This document shows, one piece after another, positions 63,341 to 64,000 of a stretch of 64,000 nt of DNA. Within the stretch, counting starts at the first letter, position 1, and each line of letters opens with the position of its first letter. Source of the stretch: Marsupella aquatica (lineage: Eukaryota > Plantae > Marchantiophyta); NCBI GenBank assembly GCA_973895155.1, contig OZ316892.1, positions 13,203,270 to 13,267,269 on the forward strand, written 5' to 3'. A model generated the notes under the pieces. The model was not told the origin of the DNA. It worked only from the letters and a program-made list of their open reading frames with translations, and did not search any database. A program made the position numbers and the translations under genes.

Positions 63341-63699
63341 GCACTCAATCTAGACTGGAAGGAGTATTGTACCCTTATAACAACAATCTAACATTGAGAC
63401 TCTCTTGTTTGACTTAGCTGAGTCCAATAGACAACTAGGTAGGCAAGCTTGGCAACTCTGTCTTGCTATCATAGGAACACATTTAGAGAAGATTTTTTAG
63501 TACTCTCTCTAATAAGTGACATCAAGCAAAAGCTTCGTTGATCAAAAGTGAAGAATGTGATTAATGTAGAGCTCTCATATTGCATAGGAGGCTCTAGCTA
63601 TCTTCTTGATACTTGGAGCATTGAGGTCCCATTGGCAAGTGTTGTGAGGTTTGTGGTCGCTAAAAGTGAGCTGCTACTCTTGTTGAAGGTCTTGTTGTG

Positions 63700-64000
63700 G
63701 TTGTTGCTATGAATGTGATTTGAATTGCATTTGTTGGGTTGGCACGGAGGATGTAACTGCTTGGGAGTACCCAGTCAAGTCTCTTCCTCACGAATGATGT
63801 TCTCAAGCTGAGAGAAGGAGGGCATTGCCCCGAGGCATCATCTCCCTAGCTATCAACACAATGCCAAAAGTACCCCAACCAGATGGAAGGGCATCAATAA
63901 CAATACCAAGAAGTTCTTTGTCAGTGAACGTAACATAGCAAGATCATTCAATAACTCATTGATAATGCTAAAATATATTGACAGACATGGAGGCAGACTC
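63700..64000 (-). pseudogene. Decayed Ty1/Copia gag fragment, probably continuing beyond the window
   Basis: Minus-strand translation gives FTDKELLGIVIDALPSGWGTF and, after a frameshift, PSFSQLENIIREEET*. This resembles the Copia gag (UBN2-type) pattern D.EL...IL.GLP..W..F...L...L.EEE.R. Confidence 0.55.

Overview
Gene-rich nuclear DNA from an intron-containing land plant, most consistent with a liverwort. This rests on a type-I LEAFY with a bryophyte-like N-terminus and a canonical LC8 dynein light chain; the taxon is an inference. Seven host genes can be assembled from splice sites: HVA22-like (+), TCF25/Rqc1-like (-), importin alpha-9-like (-), a membrane-anchored A1 aspartic protease (+), LEAFY (+), dynein light chain LC8 (+) and an intronless EXO70 (-). 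The intergenic DNA holds a complete 5.2-kb pogo/Tc1-mariner-type DNA transposon (13107-18310; perfect 22-bp TIRs, TA TSD), two solo LTRs with 5-bp TSDs, a MITE with a 10-bp TSD, SINE-like copies, a decayed AT-hook-coding tandem array and several tandem duplications. The most striking observation is that the pogo-like element carries a second, intact, intronless ORF, convergent with its stop-disrupted transposase, that looks like a tandem-BRCT protein. All protein assignments come from motif recognition by eye; no database searches were run.
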